32,000 nt of DNA from NCBI GenBank assembly GCA_045690015.1, contig CP145877.1, positions 210,001-242,000 of the forward strand, written 5' to 3'. This document shows positions 23,667 through 32,000 of the stretch, in pieces. Below the pieces are notes generated by a model. It saw nothing but the letters and a program-made list of their open reading frames with translations. It had not been told where the DNA came from and did not search any database. Source of the stretch: Candidatus Saccharimonadota bacterium (lineage in GTDB: Bacteria > Pseudomonadota > Gammaproteobacteria > Enterobacterales > Enterobacteriaceae). Within the stretch, counting starts at the first letter, position 1, and every line of letters starts with the position of its first letter. Both the position numbers and the translations under genes were made by a program.

Positions 23667-25673
23667 CTAGGTTACAAGACTTTTAACTTTATTAACAATA
23701 TTCTCAATATTAAAACCAAATTTTTTAAACAGCTGCTTAGCGGGTCCTGATTTACCAAATGTATGCATACCTATAATAATGCCATTACTCCCCACATATT
23801 TATACCAATAATCTGCAATTCCAGCTTCAATGGCAACACGTATCTTTACTGTTTTAGGTAATACACTATCACGATATACCTTATTTTGTTGATCAAATAC
23901 ATCTGTACAAGGCATTGAAACCACACGTATTAAGTATCCCTCTGAAGTTAATCGTTTATAGACCATACAAGCTAATTCTACTTCTGAACCGGTTGTAATT
24001 ATAATAATTTGCGGTTGTTCAATAGAAGTTTTTAATATATATGCTCCACGAGCAATATTATTCAATTGATCATCAGATCGGTATTGTTGTTTAAGACTTT
24101 GACGAGATAATATTAAGGCTGTTGGACCATTATTACGCTCAATAGCATATTTCCATGCTATAGTAGTTTCTACTGAATCACAAGGACGCCAGGTACTTAA
24201 ATTCGGTATTAAACGTAAAGTAGCTAATTGTTCTATAGGCTGATGAGTAGGTCCATCTTCGCCTACTCCGATAGAGTCATGAGTATAAATAAAAATTTGA
24301 GGGATTTTCATTAATGCTGACATTCGTATAGCATTCCGAGCATATTCTGCAAAGGTTAAAAATGTAGCGGTATAAGGTAAAAATTTTCCATATAGGGCTA
24401 TTCCATTAGCTATAGCAGTCATCCCGAATTCTCGTACTCCATAATGAAGATAATTTCCTTCAGGATTATCATAAATACATTTAGAACCAGACCAATACGT
24501 AAGATTACTAGGTGTTAAGTCTGCTGATCCTCCGAATATTTCAGGTAATCTTGTAGCGAAAAATTCTAATGCATTTTGTGATGCTTTACGAGTTGCGATA
24601 TCAGAAGGATTCTTTTGGAGATGATTTATAAATAATTTTGTTTCTGTATTAAGAGTTTTGGGAATTTTTTTGAATTGTCTACGCATCAATTCATGAGCTA
24701 ATTTTGGAAATACACGTTTATATTCTGTAAATCTATTATTCCAATCGGCTTCTTTTTTATTTCCTAATGTTCTAGCATCCCATTGTAAGTACATTTCTTT
24801 AGGAATTACAAATGGCAAATAGTTCCAGTTTAATTTTTTACGGGTTGCCATGATTTCCTCTTCCCCAAGTGGAGTTCCATGAATTTCTGAGGTACCTGAT
24901 TTATTTGGAGAACCAAAACCAATAATCGTTTTACATATAAGAATAGATGGTTTAAGAATAGTTGTTTTAGCCTCTTTTATAGCTTTATTAATAGATTCAG
25001 AATCATGACCATCTATATTTCGGATAACATGCCAACCATAAGATTCAAAACGTTTGGCCGTATCATCAGTCAGCCATTTCTCTGTATTACCATCAATAGA
25101 AATACCATTGTTATCATAAAATACAATTAATTTACCTAATTTTAAAGTACCTGCAATTGAACATACCTCATGTGATATGCCTTCCATAATACAACCATCA
25201 CCTATAAAAACATAAGTATAATGATCAATTATAATATGTTGTGGTCGATTAAATTGTGCTGATAGAGTACGTTCTGCTATAGCCATTCCTACTGCATTAG
25301 CTAGTCCTTGACCAAGAGGACCCGTAGTAGTTTCTACCCCCGGTGTACGACCAAATTCAGGATGACCTGGAGTTTTTGAGTGTAATTGTCTAAATTGTTT
25401 TATTTCACTCATGGATAAATCATATCCAGTTAGATGTAGAAGACTATAAAGTAATAATGATCCATGACCATTGGATAAGACAAAACGATCTCGATTTATC
25501 CAGGTAGGATTAGTAGGATTATGATTTAAATGATCACGCCATAATACTTCAGCAATATCTGCCATTCCCATTGGCATTCCGGGATGACCAGACTGTGCTT
25601 TTTGGATAGCATCTATACTGAGAATCCTAAGAGCATTAGCTATATCTTTGCGTGAAAATAGTGTTTTTTCCAT
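23667..25673 (-). CDS. tktA: transketolase
   Basis: 668-aa ORF. Matches include [30 protein letters not shown] and [19 protein letters not shown] cannot distinguish the paralogues tktA and tktB. Confidence 0.96.
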   Translation of the reverse strand: MEKTLFSRKDIANALRILSIDAIQKAQSGHPGMPMGMADIAEVLWRDHLNHNPTNPTWINRDRFVLSNGHGSLLLYSLLHLTGYDLSMSEIKQFRQLHSKTPGHPEFGRTPGVETTTGPLGQGLANAVGMAIAERTLSAQFNRPQHIIIDHYTYVFIGDGCIMEGISHEVCSIAGTLKLGKLIVFYDNNGISIDGNTEKWLTDDTAKRFESYGWHVIRNIDGHDSESINKAIKEAKTTILKPSILICKTIIGFGSPNKSGTSEIHGTPLGEEEIMATRKKLNWNYLPFVIPKEMYLQWDARTLGNKKEADWNNRFTEYKRVFPKLAHELMRRQFKKIPKTLNTETKLFINHLQKNPSDIATRKASQNALEFFATRLPEIFGGSADLTPSNLTYWSGSKCIYDNPEGNYLHYGVREFGMTAIANGIALYGKFLPYTATFLTFAEYARNAIRMSALMKIPQIFIYTHDSIGVGEDGPTHQPIEQLATLRLIPNLSTWRPCDSVETTIAWKYAIERNNGPTALILSRQSLKQQYRSDDQLNNIARGAYILKTSIEQPQIIIITTGSEVELACMVYKRLTSEGYLIRVVSMPCTDVFDQQNKVYRDSVLPKTVKIRVAIEAGIADYWYKYVGSNGIIIGMHTFGKSGPAKQLFKKFGFNIENIVNKVKSLVT

Positions 25674-25839
25674 TAAAAATTTATAAATTATTATTAAATG
25701 CCTGAATTATATCCTAAGTATATAATCTACACATTACATTTAATTTATCTTTTAGATATCAATAATTTTGAACACTATGTTAATATAGTTTGATTCTTTT
25801 ATAAAGTTCAATTTTTTATATTAAAAATAGAAATGAATT

Positions 25840-26550
25840 ATGAAATATATAGATTATCAAGATGATTTAAAGAAATTAAATGAGGTTCATAGTTTTGTAT
25901 GTCGTCATAGAAAACTAACTAAAAATCAAAATAATGCTTTAAATAATTATGCATCATTAATCGGAATACCTTATCAAAAAAAAATGATTAATTTTCAATA
26001 TATTTTTAATAATGAACATCCAGTAATTTTAGAGATAGGTTTTGGAATAGGACATTCATTAATCCGACAAGCAATAAATAACCCAGACAATAACTTTATT
26101 GGAATCGAAGTTTATCTTCCCGGAATAGCATCTTGTTTAAATTTAGCCATAAAATCAAAAGCAAAAAACCTTCGTATAATTTATTATAATGCGATAAAAG
26201 TACTAAATCAGATGATCCCTAATAATTCTTTATGGAAAATGCAACTCTTTTTTCCTGATCCATGGCCCAAAAACAAACATCATAAACGTCGTATTGTGAA
26301 TATAGATTTTGCCCAATTAGTACTTCGAAAATTAAATTTTGGAGGATATTTTCATATAGCAACTGATTGTTGTTCTTATGCTAATTATATCTTTTCCATT
26401 ATGAAAACTATATCTACTGATCAAGCAATTTTTTATGAATCTACTAAAAGTTGTTTGAAGTCAAGCCGTCCTACCACCAAATTTGAACAAAAAGCTAATA
26501 ATTTAGGATATCCTGTTCAAGATTTAATTTACCAAAAAATGAAACGTTAA
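25840..26550 (+). CDS. trmB: tRNA (guanine46-N7)-methyltransferase TrmB (YggH)
   Basis: 236-aa ORF with the SAM-binding LEIGFGIGHS and the motif FFPDPWPKNKHHKRR characteristic of TrmB. Confidence 0.93.
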   Translation: MKYIDYQDDLKKLNEVHSFVCRHRKLTKNQNNALNNYASLIGIPYQKKMINFQYIFNNEHPVILEIGFGIGHSLIRQAINNPDNNFIGIEVYLPGIASCLNLAIKSKAKNLRIIYYNAIKVLNQMIPNNSLWKMQLFFPDPWPKNKHHKRRIVNIDFAQLVLRKLNFGGYFHIATDCCSYANYIFSIMKTISTDQAIFYESTKSCLKSSRPTTKFEQKANNLGYPVQDLIYQKMKR

Positions 26551-26572
26551 TAACAATTTACTAGGTGTACAA

Positions 26573-27139
26573 TCATATTAAGTTCCACATCTTTGGAAAT
26601 AGATTCATGCCTAAATAGTTCATTATGTAAAGAATTAATACTATAATGATAGGAGAAAAATCTATACCCCAAACTACTGGAATAAAATCTCGAACCGGAT
26701 TTAGGATATGTTCAGTTAATTTATCTAAAATTTCATCTATTGGATGATATGATTGCATCATCCAGCTTCTTAAGGAATGAATAATAATAATCTCCAAAAT
26801 TAAGAATCCAATAGATTTAGCTAACATTATTAATCCAATCATTATAATGTTACCTAAACTTATATATAATATTCCGCTCTGAATAAATATGATAAGTGGA
26901 TATTTTAAGATACTTAACAATAAGGTTATTATTATAATAGGGGTGGTATTTATCAACTGATTTTTATACGATGGGATTATATACTGTAATAATTGCATAA
27001 AAGGATTAGTAATTATTGTAATAATTTGCACAAACGGATTCGTATCATTACACTTTATTAATTGCAACCAACTACGTAATAATAATATAGTTATATAAAA
27101 ATCAATGATAGTTTTTATAACGAAAGATAATATTAACAT
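26573..27139 (-). CDS. yggT: YggT-family inner membrane protein
   Basis: A multi-TM protein with LLLRSWLQ near the N-terminus and GIDFSPIIIVLILYIMN near the C-terminus, as in E. coli YggT. The track start at 27154 is a TTG. The ATG at 27139 gives 188 aa and the same N-terminal spacing as E. coli YggT. It ends in TGA. Confidence 0.85.
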   Translation of the reverse strand: MLILSFVIKTIIDFYITILLLRSWLQLIKCNDTNPFVQIITIITNPFMQLLQYIIPSYKNQLINTTPIIIITLLLSILKYPLIIFIQSGILYISLGNIIMIGLIMLAKSIGFLILEIIIIHSLRSWMMQSYHPIDEILDKLTEHILNPVRDFIPVVWGIDFSPIIIVLILYIMNYLGMNLFPKMWNLI

Positions 27140-27298
27140 AATATTTTTTATCAATGATGTGAAGTTTAAATAACCTATAAAAAAGTACTCCTAAGTAAGA
27201 ATAAAGTATTTAATTATCCTTTAATACTTGTCAATAATACTTCTATTAAATAATTTATTTTTCTTTAGCATAGAAATTTTAATTATAATTAGATGAAA

Positions 27299-27730
27299 TT
27301 AACCTGATTGCAAATTTAATAAAAAACTTTCTAAAATTAGAACTGCAGCAAATGAATCTATATGGTTTTTCTTTAAACCACGATAACCTCGATTAATGAA
27401 TAATTTATTTTTAGCTTCAATAGTAGTCAAACGTTCATCATATAAATCAACTGGAATAGAAAAATGATGGAAGAGTTTTTTTGCAAAAATACGAGTATGT
27501 ATAGTTAATAATTGTTCGGACCCATCCATATTTATGGGTAATCCAACAATAATTTTATCTGGACACCATTCTAATATAAGCTTTTTAACTTTTCTCCAAT
27601 CTGGTAATCCCTTATTTGCTTTAATTGATGGTAATAAAGGACTAGCAGTATTAGTTAAGGTTTGACCTATTGCTACACCAATATGTCTGATTCCAAAATC
27701 AAAACCTAATAAGATTTTTATTTTAGGCAT
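27299..27730 (-). CDS. ruvX: putative pre-16S rRNA nuclease / Holliday-junction-resolvase-like protein YqgF
   Basis: 143-aa ORF. It has the N-terminal LGFDFGIRHIGVAIG RNase H-fold motif and DERLTT. It is positioned after gshB as in E. coli, with yqgE missing. Confidence 0.92.
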   Translation of the reverse strand: MPKIKILLGFDFGIRHIGVAIGQTLTNTASPLLPSIKANKGLPDWRKVKKLILEWCPDKIIVGLPINMDGSEQLLTIHTRIFAKKLFHHFSIPVDLYDERLTTIEAKNKLFINRGYRGLKKNHIDSFAAVLILESFLLNLQSG

Positions 27731-27749
27731 ATAATTACTTTCAAATTAA

Positions 27750-28694
27750 TTAATTTAGACGTTTTTCAATCATATTCATGAACATGTTAGTAATGCCAAT
27801 GGATTTTTCTCTTTCGATTTCTTGTACGCAGGTAGGACTAGTAATATTTATTTCCGTTAGTTTATCACCAATAATATCTATACCGACAAATAATAATCCT
27901 CTCTCTTGAAGAATAGGACTAATTATTCTAGCAATTTTCCAATCTTTTATAGAGAGAGATTGAACTTTTCCATAACCTCCCGCTGCTAAATTTCCACGTG
28001 TTTCTCCTGATCTTGGTATTCTTGCTAAACAGTAAGGTACTATTTCTCCATCTATTATGAATACACGTTTATCACCCTCATTAATTTCCGGAACAAAAGC
28101 CTGTGCCATACAAAACCGTTTTCCTGAGTTGGTAATAGTTTCAATTATAACAAAAATATTAGGATCATTTTTTTTAATTCTAAAGATTGAAGCTCCGCCC
28201 ATGTTATCTAAAGGTTTTAAAATAATATCCCCATGTTGACCCAAAAAATTGTAAATTTGTTGTACATTTTTAGTGATTAAAGAAGCTGGAATGAGTTCCG
28301 GAAATAAATTAATAAACATTTTTTCATTGTAATCACGTAAGCTTTGTGGCTTATTTATGATAATAGTACCTTTTTTTTCAGCAAATTCTAAGATATAAGT
28401 AGAATATATAAAATCACTATTAACCGGAGGATCTTTTCTCATCAGAATAACATTTAATTCATCTAATCTAATAGATTGTTCCGTTCCTAATGAATACCAA
28501 GGATTTTTATCTTTTTCAAGATGTAAAGTTTTAGCACGTGCATATGCTATTTTACCATATAAATATAAATCTTTTGTTTCCATGTAGAATACTTCATAAT
28601 TACGTTTTTGTGCTTCTAATATGAGAGCTATACTAGTGTCTTTATTAAAATCGAGTGTGTTAATAGGATCCATTACAATACCTAATTTTATCAT
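27750..28694 (-). CDS. gshB: glutathione synthetase
   Basis: MIKLGIVMDPINT aligns with E. coli GshB MIKLGIVMDPIAN. Other matches are ILMRKDPP, GGETRGNLAAGG and EINITSPTC. The ATG at 28694 is preceded by AAGGAAAA. The track ORF (to 28805) adds 37 non-homologous residues that overlap rsmE. Confidence 0.95.
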   Translation of the reverse strand: MIKLGIVMDPINTLDFNKDTSIALILEAQKRNYEVFYMETKDLYLYGKIAYARAKTLHLEKDKNPWYSLGTEQSIRLDELNVILMRKDPPVNSDFIYSTYILEFAEKKGTIIINKPQSLRDYNEKMFINLFPELIPASLITKNVQQIYNFLGQHGDIILKPLDNMGGASIFRIKKNDPNIFVIIETITNSGKRFCMAQAFVPEINEGDKRVFIIDGEIVPYCLARIPRSGETRGNLAAGGYGKVQSLSIKDWKIARIISPILQERGLLFVGIDIIGDKLTEINITSPTCVQEIEREKSIGITNMFMNMIEKRLN

Positions 28695-28717
28695 AAAATT
28701 ATTTTCCTTCATAAATT

Positions 28718-29443
28718 CTAACCTAAATCGCCAAAATAAATTTGCAAAGCAGCTATAGTGGCGATAGTAGCTGTTTCTGTACGCAAGATACGTGGTCCCA
28801 TACAAACATTAATGAATCCTGAACGAATTACCATATTCATCTCTTTTCTAGATATTCCACCTTCGGGACCTATAAGTAAACGGAATCTTTTTATTTTGCA
28901 TGGTAACATTGTTATTCTTGTGGTATTATTATATGGATAAAAATTAATTTTAAAAGAATCAGAAGATTCTTCGGACCACGATTGAAGTGTCATTATGTCT
29001 CGTATGTTAGGAATACTATTTCTACCACATTGTTCACAAGCAGCAATAGCGATGTTTTTCCAATGTTGTTTTTTTTTAATCATTTCTACACTAGTAAGTT
29101 TTACTCCACAACGTTCAGAAAACAAAGGAGTGATAACATTTATTCCTAATTCTACTGCTTTTTGGATAGAAAATTTCATTTTTTCACCACGTAAAATTAC
29201 TTGACCTAAATGTAGATAAAGAGGTGATTCACAATTTTTTTCTTTAATATTGGTAATTTTGATTCGAACTTGTGTTCTATCTAAATGCATAATTTCTGCA
29301 TTAAATAGAATATTTTTCCCATTAAATAATTGAATTTTACAACCTGGTGTCATTCTTAATACATTAGAAATATAGTGATTTTTTAGAATTATTTCCTCAC
29401 CCAATTTTAATTCCTGAGGATAATAAATGCGAGGTATATGCAT
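28718..29443 (-). CDS. rsmE: 16S rRNA (uracil1498-N3)-methyltransferase RsmE (YggJ)
   Basis: 241-aa ORF. It begins MHIPRIYYP, has a SPOUT C-terminal domain with LLIGPEGG, and ends in TAG. Its ATG shares one base with the metK stop (TAATG). Confidence 0.9.
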   Translation of the reverse strand: MHIPRIYYPQELKLGEEIILKNHYISNVLRMTPGCKIQLFNGKNILFNAEIMHLDRTQVRIKITNIKEKNCESPLYLHLGQVILRGEKMKFSIQKAVELGINVITPLFSERCGVKLTSVEMIKKKQHWKNIAIAACEQCGRNSIPNIRDIMTLQSWSEESSDSFKINFYPYNNTTRITMLPCKIKRFRLLIGPEGGISRKEMNMVIRSGFINVCMGPRILRTETATIATIAALQIYFGDLG

Positions 29444-30594
29444 TACGAGTTAGTTATTTCTCTTAATATATTCACTTTATTTATTTTCTCCCAAGGAAAT
29501 TGAGATCTTCCAAAATGTCCATAAGTTGCAGTTTCTTGGTAGATAGGATGTAGCAAATCTAACATATGAATTATTCCATACGGACGAAGGTCAAAGAACT
29601 TTCGTATTAATACGGTTAATTGCTCATTTGACTTTTTTCCAGTTCCAAATGTTTCAACCATGATAGATGTTGGTTCTGCAATCCCTATAGCATAGGATAA
29701 TTGAATTTCACATCGATCAGCTAGGCCTGCAGCAACAATATTTTTGGCAATATAACGAGCTGCATAAGATGCAGATCTGTCAACCTTAGAAGGATCTTTT
29801 CCCGAAAATGCTCCACCTCCATGACGTGCAATTCCTCCATAAGTATCTACAATTATTTTTCTACCAGTTAGACCACAATCTCCCATAGGTCCACCAATTA
29901 CAAACCTACCAGTAGGATTAATAAAATATTTAGTATATTGATTTAACCACTTTGAAGGCAATACAGGTTTAATAATCTCTTCCATAACAGCTTCTCGTAG
30001 TTGTTTTAATGTAATTTCCTCGCTATGTTGTGTTGATAATACAATAGTATCTAATCCAATAATTTTTCCTGACTTATACCTAAATGTAACTTGAGTTTTA
30101 GCATCGGGTCTTAACCATGGAAGTATAGATTTTTTACGTACTTCAGATTGACGTTTCATTAGTAAATGTGCATACATTAAAGGAGCTGGCATAAAAACTT
30201 CGGTTTCATTAGTTGCATATCCAAACATTAATCCTTGATCTCCCGCTCCTTGTTGTAATAATATAGGTCGATCAATACCTTTTTTAATATCCAGAGATTG
30301 TTTACCAATAGTATTGAGAACTGCACATGAATTGGCATCAAACCCCATATCAGAATGGATATATCCAATATTTCTAATTGTCTCACGCACAATATTTTCA
30401 ATATCAAGACATGCAGTGGTAGTAATTTCTCCCCCCACTAAAACCATACCCGTTTTAATATAAGTTTCACATGCAACACGTGCATTTAAATCTTTTTCTA
30501 ATACAGAATCTAATATAGCATCTGATATCTGATCGGCAATTTTATCAGGATGTCCTTCTGATACGGATTCAGAAGTAAAAAGATATTCATTCAT
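29443..30594 (-). CDS. metK: S-adenosylmethionine synthase
   Basis: 383-aa ORF. Matches to MetK include [36 protein letters not shown] and [17 protein letters not shown]. Confidence 0.98.
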   Translation of the reverse strand: MNEYLFTSESVSEGHPDKIADQISDAILDSVLEKDLNARVACETYIKTGMVLVGGEITTTACLDIENIVRETIRNIGYIHSDMGFDANSCAVLNTIGKQSLDIKKGIDRPILLQQGAGDQGLMFGYATNETEVFMPAPLMYAHLLMKRQSEVRKKSILPWLRPDAKTQVTFRYKSGKIIGLDTIVLSTQHSEEITLKQLREAVMEEIIKPVLPSKWLNQYTKYFINPTGRFVIGGPMGDCGLTGRKIIVDTYGGIARHGGGAFSGKDPSKVDRSASYAARYIAKNIVAAGLADRCEIQLSYAIGIAEPTSIMVETFGTGKKSNEQLTVLIRKFFDLRPYGIIHMLDLLHPIYQETATYGHFGRSQFPWEKINKVNILREITNS

Positions 30595-30736
30595 TTTTTA
30601 TCCTTAATTTAAATATAATTTAGAATTTGAAGTATTTAAATAGTAAAATGAATTTTTCAAAATAATAGATCTTTTTTTGAATATCTAATTCTGTTATTAC
30701 TGATTGAAATAAATAAAATTATTATTTTTTTATTTA

Positions 30737-30768
30737 CCCCTTGATGATATGAAAAAGAGCCCCAATTA
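30737..30768 (+). promoter_or_regulatory. sigma-32 (RpoH) heat-shock promoter, dnaK P1-like
   Basis: CCCCTTGATG (30737-30746), a 13-nt spacer, then CCCCAATTA (30760-30768). My recollection of E. coli dnaK P1 is CCCCCTTGATG-13 nt-CCCCATTTA, so the spacing is identical. The two C4 runs stand out in an otherwise AT-rich spacer. The element lies 146 nt upstream of the dnaK ATG. Confidence 0.65.
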
Positions 30769-30913
30769 AAGCTAATCTTATCATTAATTAATGAACTAAT
30801 ACAATTAACAGGATAGATACTTTTTTCATATAAGATTTTAATGCAAGTCATTTATTCTGATAATAATGTTTAGAAGCCGATTCAAGAACAATTTTTATAG
30901 TGGAGACGTTTAG

Positions 30914-32000
30914 ATGGGTAAAATTATTGGGATTGATTTAGGCACTACCAATTCTTGTGTTGCTGTTATGGATGGTGATAAACCTCGAGTCTTGGAAAAT
31001 GCTGAAGGTGATCGAACTACTCCTTCAATTATTGCCTTTACACAGGATGAAGAAACATTAGTAGGCCAACCTGCTAAGCGCCAAGCGGTGACCAATCCAC
31101 AGAATACGCTTTTTGCCATCAAACGCCTAATTGGCCGTAGATTTAAAGATGAAGAAGTACAACGTGACGTTAATCTTATGCCTTATAAGATTATAGCGGC
31201 TAATAATGGCGATGCTTGGCTAGAAGTAAAAGGCAAAAAAATGGCACCACCACAAATCTCTGCAGAAGTTTTAAAAAAAATGAAAAAAACGGCAGAAGAT
31301 TATCTAGGTGAGCCCGTAACTGAAGCCGTTATAACTGTACCAGCATATTTTAATGATGCTCAACGTCAAGCTACTAAAGACGCTGGTCGTATCGCAGGTC
31401 TAGATGTAAAACGCATAATTAATGAACCAACAGCAGCCGCATTAGCGTATGGTCTTGATAAAAGTAAAGGAAATCGCATTATTGCTGTTTATGACTTAGG
31501 AGGAGGTACTTTTGATATTTCTATTATTGAAATAGATGATGTCGATGGAGAAAAAACCTTTGAAGTTTTAGCAACTAATGGTGATACTCATTTAGGAGGA
31601 GAAGACTTTGATAATCGTCTAATTAATTATTTAGTAACCGAGTTTAAAAAAGATCAAGGAATTGATTTACGTAATGATCCTTTAGCTATGCAACGATTAA
31701 AAGAAGCTGCAGAAAAAGCTAAAATAGAACTATCATCAGCACAACAAACGGATGTTAATTTACCTTATATAACAGCTGATGCAACTGGTCCTAAACATTT
31801 AAATATTAAAGTAACTCGTGCAAAATTAGAATCATTAGTAGAAGATTTAGTTAATCGTTCGATTGAACCTTTAAAAATTGCACTAAAAGATGCGGGACTA
31901 TCAGTATCTAAGATAAATGATGTAATCTTAGTAGGTGGACAAACTCGTATGCCAATGGTTCAAGCGAAGGTAGCATCTTTCTTTGGTAAAGAACCTCGTA
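30914..32000 (+). CDS. dnaK: molecular chaperone DnaK (Hsp70), N-terminal ~362 codons (gene runs off the right edge)
   Basis: Not in the ORF track because it is truncated. The ATG at 30914 is preceded by GGAGA at 30902-30906. The translation reads [43 protein letters not shown]...[12 protein letters not shown], which is nearly identical to E. coli DnaK. Confidence 0.97.
   Translation, partial: MGKIIGIDLGTTNSCVAVMDGDKPRVLENAEGDRTTPSIIAFTQDEETLVGQPAKRQAVTNPQNTLFAIKRLIGRRFKDEEVQRDVNLMPYKIIAANNGDAWLEVKGKKMAPPQISAEVLKKMKKTAEDYLGEPVTEAVITVPAYFNDAQRQATKDAGRIAGLDVKRIINEPTAAALAYGLDKSKGNRIIAVYDLGGGTFDISIIEIDDVDGEKTFEVLATNGDTHLGGEDFDNRLINYLVTEFKKDQGIDLRNDPLAMQRLKEAAEKAKIELSSAQQTDVNLPYITADATGPKHLNIKVTRAKLESLVEDLVNRSIEPLKIALKDAGLSVSKINDVILVGGQTRMPMVQAKVASFFGKEPR

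Noticed and set aside
25674-27298. Possible small RNA genes in the larger spacers (25674-25839 and 27140-27298, also 4577-4679 and 18549-18681)
   Set aside because: In this genome the one verified structured RNA (tRNA-Gly) stands out as a GC-rich island. These spacers are uniformly AT-rich, and I found no stem-forming GC segments or tRNA-like motifs.
28695-28805. N-terminal extension of the gshB ORF (37 residues), overlapping the rsmE 3' end
   Set aside because: E. coli GshB begins MIKLGIVMDP, matching the ATG at 28694 with AAGGAAAA upstream. The extension would overlap rsmE by 88 nt.
30657-30851. 64-aa minus-strand orphan ORF in the metK|dnaK spacer
   Set aside because: I recognise no homologue. 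The sequence is low-complexity and rich in I, K and N. The ORF runs straight across the conserved sigma-32 promoter of dnaK on the opposite strand. It is most likely a chance ORF in non-coding DNA, though a blastp or tblastn search could overturn this.
30910-31122. 70-aa minus-strand ORF at the 5' end of dnaK
   Set aside because: It is antisense to the almost invariant DnaK N-terminus ([18 protein letters not shown]...), so it is a shadow ORF.

Overview
This window is a tightly packed, AT-rich stretch (about 25-30% GC by eye) of housekeeping genes. It looks like the reduced genome of an obligate insect endosymbiont in the Enterobacterales, but I cannot confirm the genus without a search. I support 31 protein genes (29 complete, plus miaA and dnaK cut off at the window edges), one tRNA-Gly(GCC) and one recognisable sigma-32 promoter. 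Three genes are absent from the ORF track: rpmH, which is too short for it, and the two truncated edge genes. All products are close orthologues of E. coli core proteins, and the window is a mosaic of blocks colinear with E. coli. I see no mobile element, CRISPR array, toxin or defence module, orphan operon or unexplained structured region, so I find no evidence of a novel biological system here. The points worth a second look all reflect genome reduction. They are: dnaA and recF missing from the rpmH|dnaN-gyrB locus, with no DnaA box; a prfB gene without the programmed +1 frameshift; a dnaK P1-type sigma-32 promoter conserved in an otherwise AT-rich spacer; in-frame A10-A11 tracts in prfB, lysS and nnr; an inverted metK-to-trmB block with deletion-created gene junctions; a tRNA embedded in a 12-kb co-directional gene string; and convergent genes that abut or overlap with no room for terminators. 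Several ORF-track starts are upstream TTG or ATG extensions, and I corrected them by homology.
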